From NCBI GenBank assembly GCA_035259205.1, contig DATFWO010000234.1, forward strand, positions 3,947-67,946: DNA of 64,000 nucleotides, read 5' to 3'. This document shows positions 62,747 to 64,000 of the stretch, in pieces. Positions within the stretch are counted from its first letter, which is position 1. Each line of letters starts with the position of its first letter. Under the pieces are notes generated by a model. That model saw only the letters and a list, made by a program, of their open reading frames with translations. It was not told the origin of the DNA and did no database searches. The translations under genes and the position numbers were made by a program. Origin of the DNA: Burkholderiales bacterium (GTDB taxonomy: Bacteria; Pseudomonadota; Gammaproteobacteria; Burkholderiales; SG8-41).

Positions 62747-64000
62747 ATGGTGGGCGCGGGGTCGACCGGCAGACGGGTGGCGGACCGCATGAAGCGTGCG
62801 GTCGCGTTGCACCGCGCGGGAAGAATGGCGGAGGCAGAGGCCATCTACCGCGTCATCCTCAAGCGGCTGCCCTCCCAGCCGGACGCGCTGCACTTCCTGG
62901 GGCTGATCCGCCAGCAGCAGGGACGCAGCGACGAGGCGATTCACCTCATGCGCCGCGCCACCGAGTTTGCGCCGGACTATGCCGATGCGTTCAACAATCT
63001 CGGGAATGCGCTCAAGACCACGGGTCGAATCGGCGAAGCCGAGATCTGCTACCGCAAAGCCATCGGCCTCGACGCGCGGCATGCGAACGCCTTGAGCAAC
63101 CTTGCCGTGGTGCTGCGGGCCAAAGGCGATCTTACAGCCGCCGAGGCGGCCTGCCGCAGCGCCATAGAAGCCATGCCGCGACACGTGGAGGCGCACAACA
63201 ACCTGGGTAACGTTCTTCGTGGCATGGGGCGCCACGACGAGGCGATCGGCTGCTATAGAGCATCCATCGCGCTCGACCCGCACCACGCGGACGGCCCCCG
63301 GATGCTAGGACTGGCTTTGTATGCGGCTGGCAGGATCGACGAAGCAAAGGAGGCCTACCAGCAATGGCTGGAACGCGATCCAGGCAACCCCGTGGCCGCG
63401 CACCTGCTGGCGGGATGCTCCGGCAGCAACGCGCCAGCGCGCGCGCCCGACGGCTATGTCAGGGACGTGTTCGAGGGCATGGCCGCTGAATTCGACGAGC
63501 ACCTGGCTCATTTGAAGTATCAGGCGCCTGCACTGGTCGGGGCCGCGCTCGCCCGCGTATTGCCCGATCCGAACGGTGCTCTGGAAGTGCTCGATGCAGG
63601 TTGCGGCACCGGCCTGTGCGGCAGCGCGCTGCGAGCATATGCGCAGGAACTGACCGGAGTCGACCTTTCGCCAGCGATGCTGCGGCGCGCGGCGCAACGC
63701 GGACTCTACGACCATCTCGTCGAAGAGGAATTGACGGCGCATCTGAAGGCGCAGCGCGCCCGGTATGACCTGATCGTCTCGGCGGATACGCTCTGCTACT
63801 TCGGTGTGCTGCAGGATGTACTCGCAGCGGCGGCGGGCGCGCTGCGCGCCCGCGGCTGGATCGTATTTTCGGTCGAAGAGGCGCAGGGCGAGGCACCGCT
63901 TGCAGGATACCGGCTCGACCCGCACGGCAGATACTCGCACACGAACGACTACGTGCGTGGCGTGCTCGAGAGTACGGGTTTCCAAGCGTCGACGATCGAA
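62747..64000 (+). CDS. TPR-repeat protein fused to a class I SAM-dependent methyltransferase domain (3' end beyond the window)
   Basis: My own translation; not in the ORF track because no stop is reached. MVGAGSTGRR...AEAIYRVILKRLPSQPDALHFLGLI.. carries several TPRs (NLGNALKTTGRIGEAEICYRKAIGLD; NLGNVLRGMGRHDEAIGCYRASIALDP). Then the SAM motif I VLDAGCGTGLCG and DLIVSADTLCYFG. Confidence 0.75.
   Translation, partial: MVGAGSTGRRVADRMKRAVALHRAGRMAEAEAIYRVILKRLPSQPDALHFLGLIRQQQGRSDEAIHLMRRATEFAPDYADAFNNLGNALKTTGRIGEAEICYRKAIGLDARHANALSNLAVVLRAKGDLTAAEAACRSAIEAMPRHVEAHNNLGNVLRGMGRHDEAIGCYRASIALDPHHADGPRMLGLALYAAGRIDEAKEAYQQWLERDPGNPVAAHLLAGCSGSNAPARAPDGYVRDVFEGMAAEFDEHLAHLKYQAPALVGAALARVLPDPNGALEVLDAGCGTGLCGSALRAYAQELTGVDLSPAMLRRAAQRGLYDHLVEEELTAHLKAQRARYDLIVSADTLCYFGVLQDVLAAAAGALRARGWIVFSVEEAQGEAPLAGYRLDPHGRYSHTNDYVRGVLESTGFQASTIE

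Overview
GC-rich (roughly 65%) chromosomal segment, probably proteobacterial. Five orphan Bug/TTT-type solute-binding proteins suggest Burkholderiales, but that is inference only. No rRNA, tRNA, CRISPR, transposase or integrase was recognised.

The left 37 kb is metabolic and regulatory:
- a partial xanthine-dehydrogenase-family operon with a divergent AraC regulator;
- two ECF sigma factors with NTF2-like C-terminal tails;
- an IclR / ThDP-enzyme / nitrilase / MFS group;
- a TRAP transporter (dctPQM) with a LysR regulator;
- an aromatic or carboxylate catabolic island: extradiol dioxygenase, FAH, two 4,5-dihydroxyphthalate-decarboxylase-like proteins, two amidohydrolase_2 proteins (one LigJ-like), an HpcH aldolase, two ornithine-cyclodeaminase-like proteins and SDRs.

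The right 25 kb (37.6-62.6 kb) is a type VI secretion cluster, tssK-L-M-tagF-tssA-B-C-hcp-tagJ-tssE-F-G-clpV-vgrG. It has the same gene order as the P. aeruginosa H1-T6SS but has no tssJ, fha, ppkA or pppA in the window.

Downstream of vgrG is an atypical tail:
- a short DUF4123 adaptor;
- a 255-aa unknown protein with an internal duplication (candidate cargo);
- a signal-peptide glycine-zipper protein with a 21-nt tandem repeat;
- a single-ORF TssB-TssC fusion-like second sheath paralog, truncated at both TssC ends (the item I rate most interesting);
- a convergent DUF4280 PAAR-like gene.

Outside the T6SS, a 39-nt element occurs twice in inverted orientation around dctPQM-lysR and looks like a shared operator/promoter.

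All calls rest on reading the translated ORFs and motifs from memory. No database search was run. Internal start codons were chosen by hand. Manually counted nucleotide-level coordinates may be off by 1 nt.
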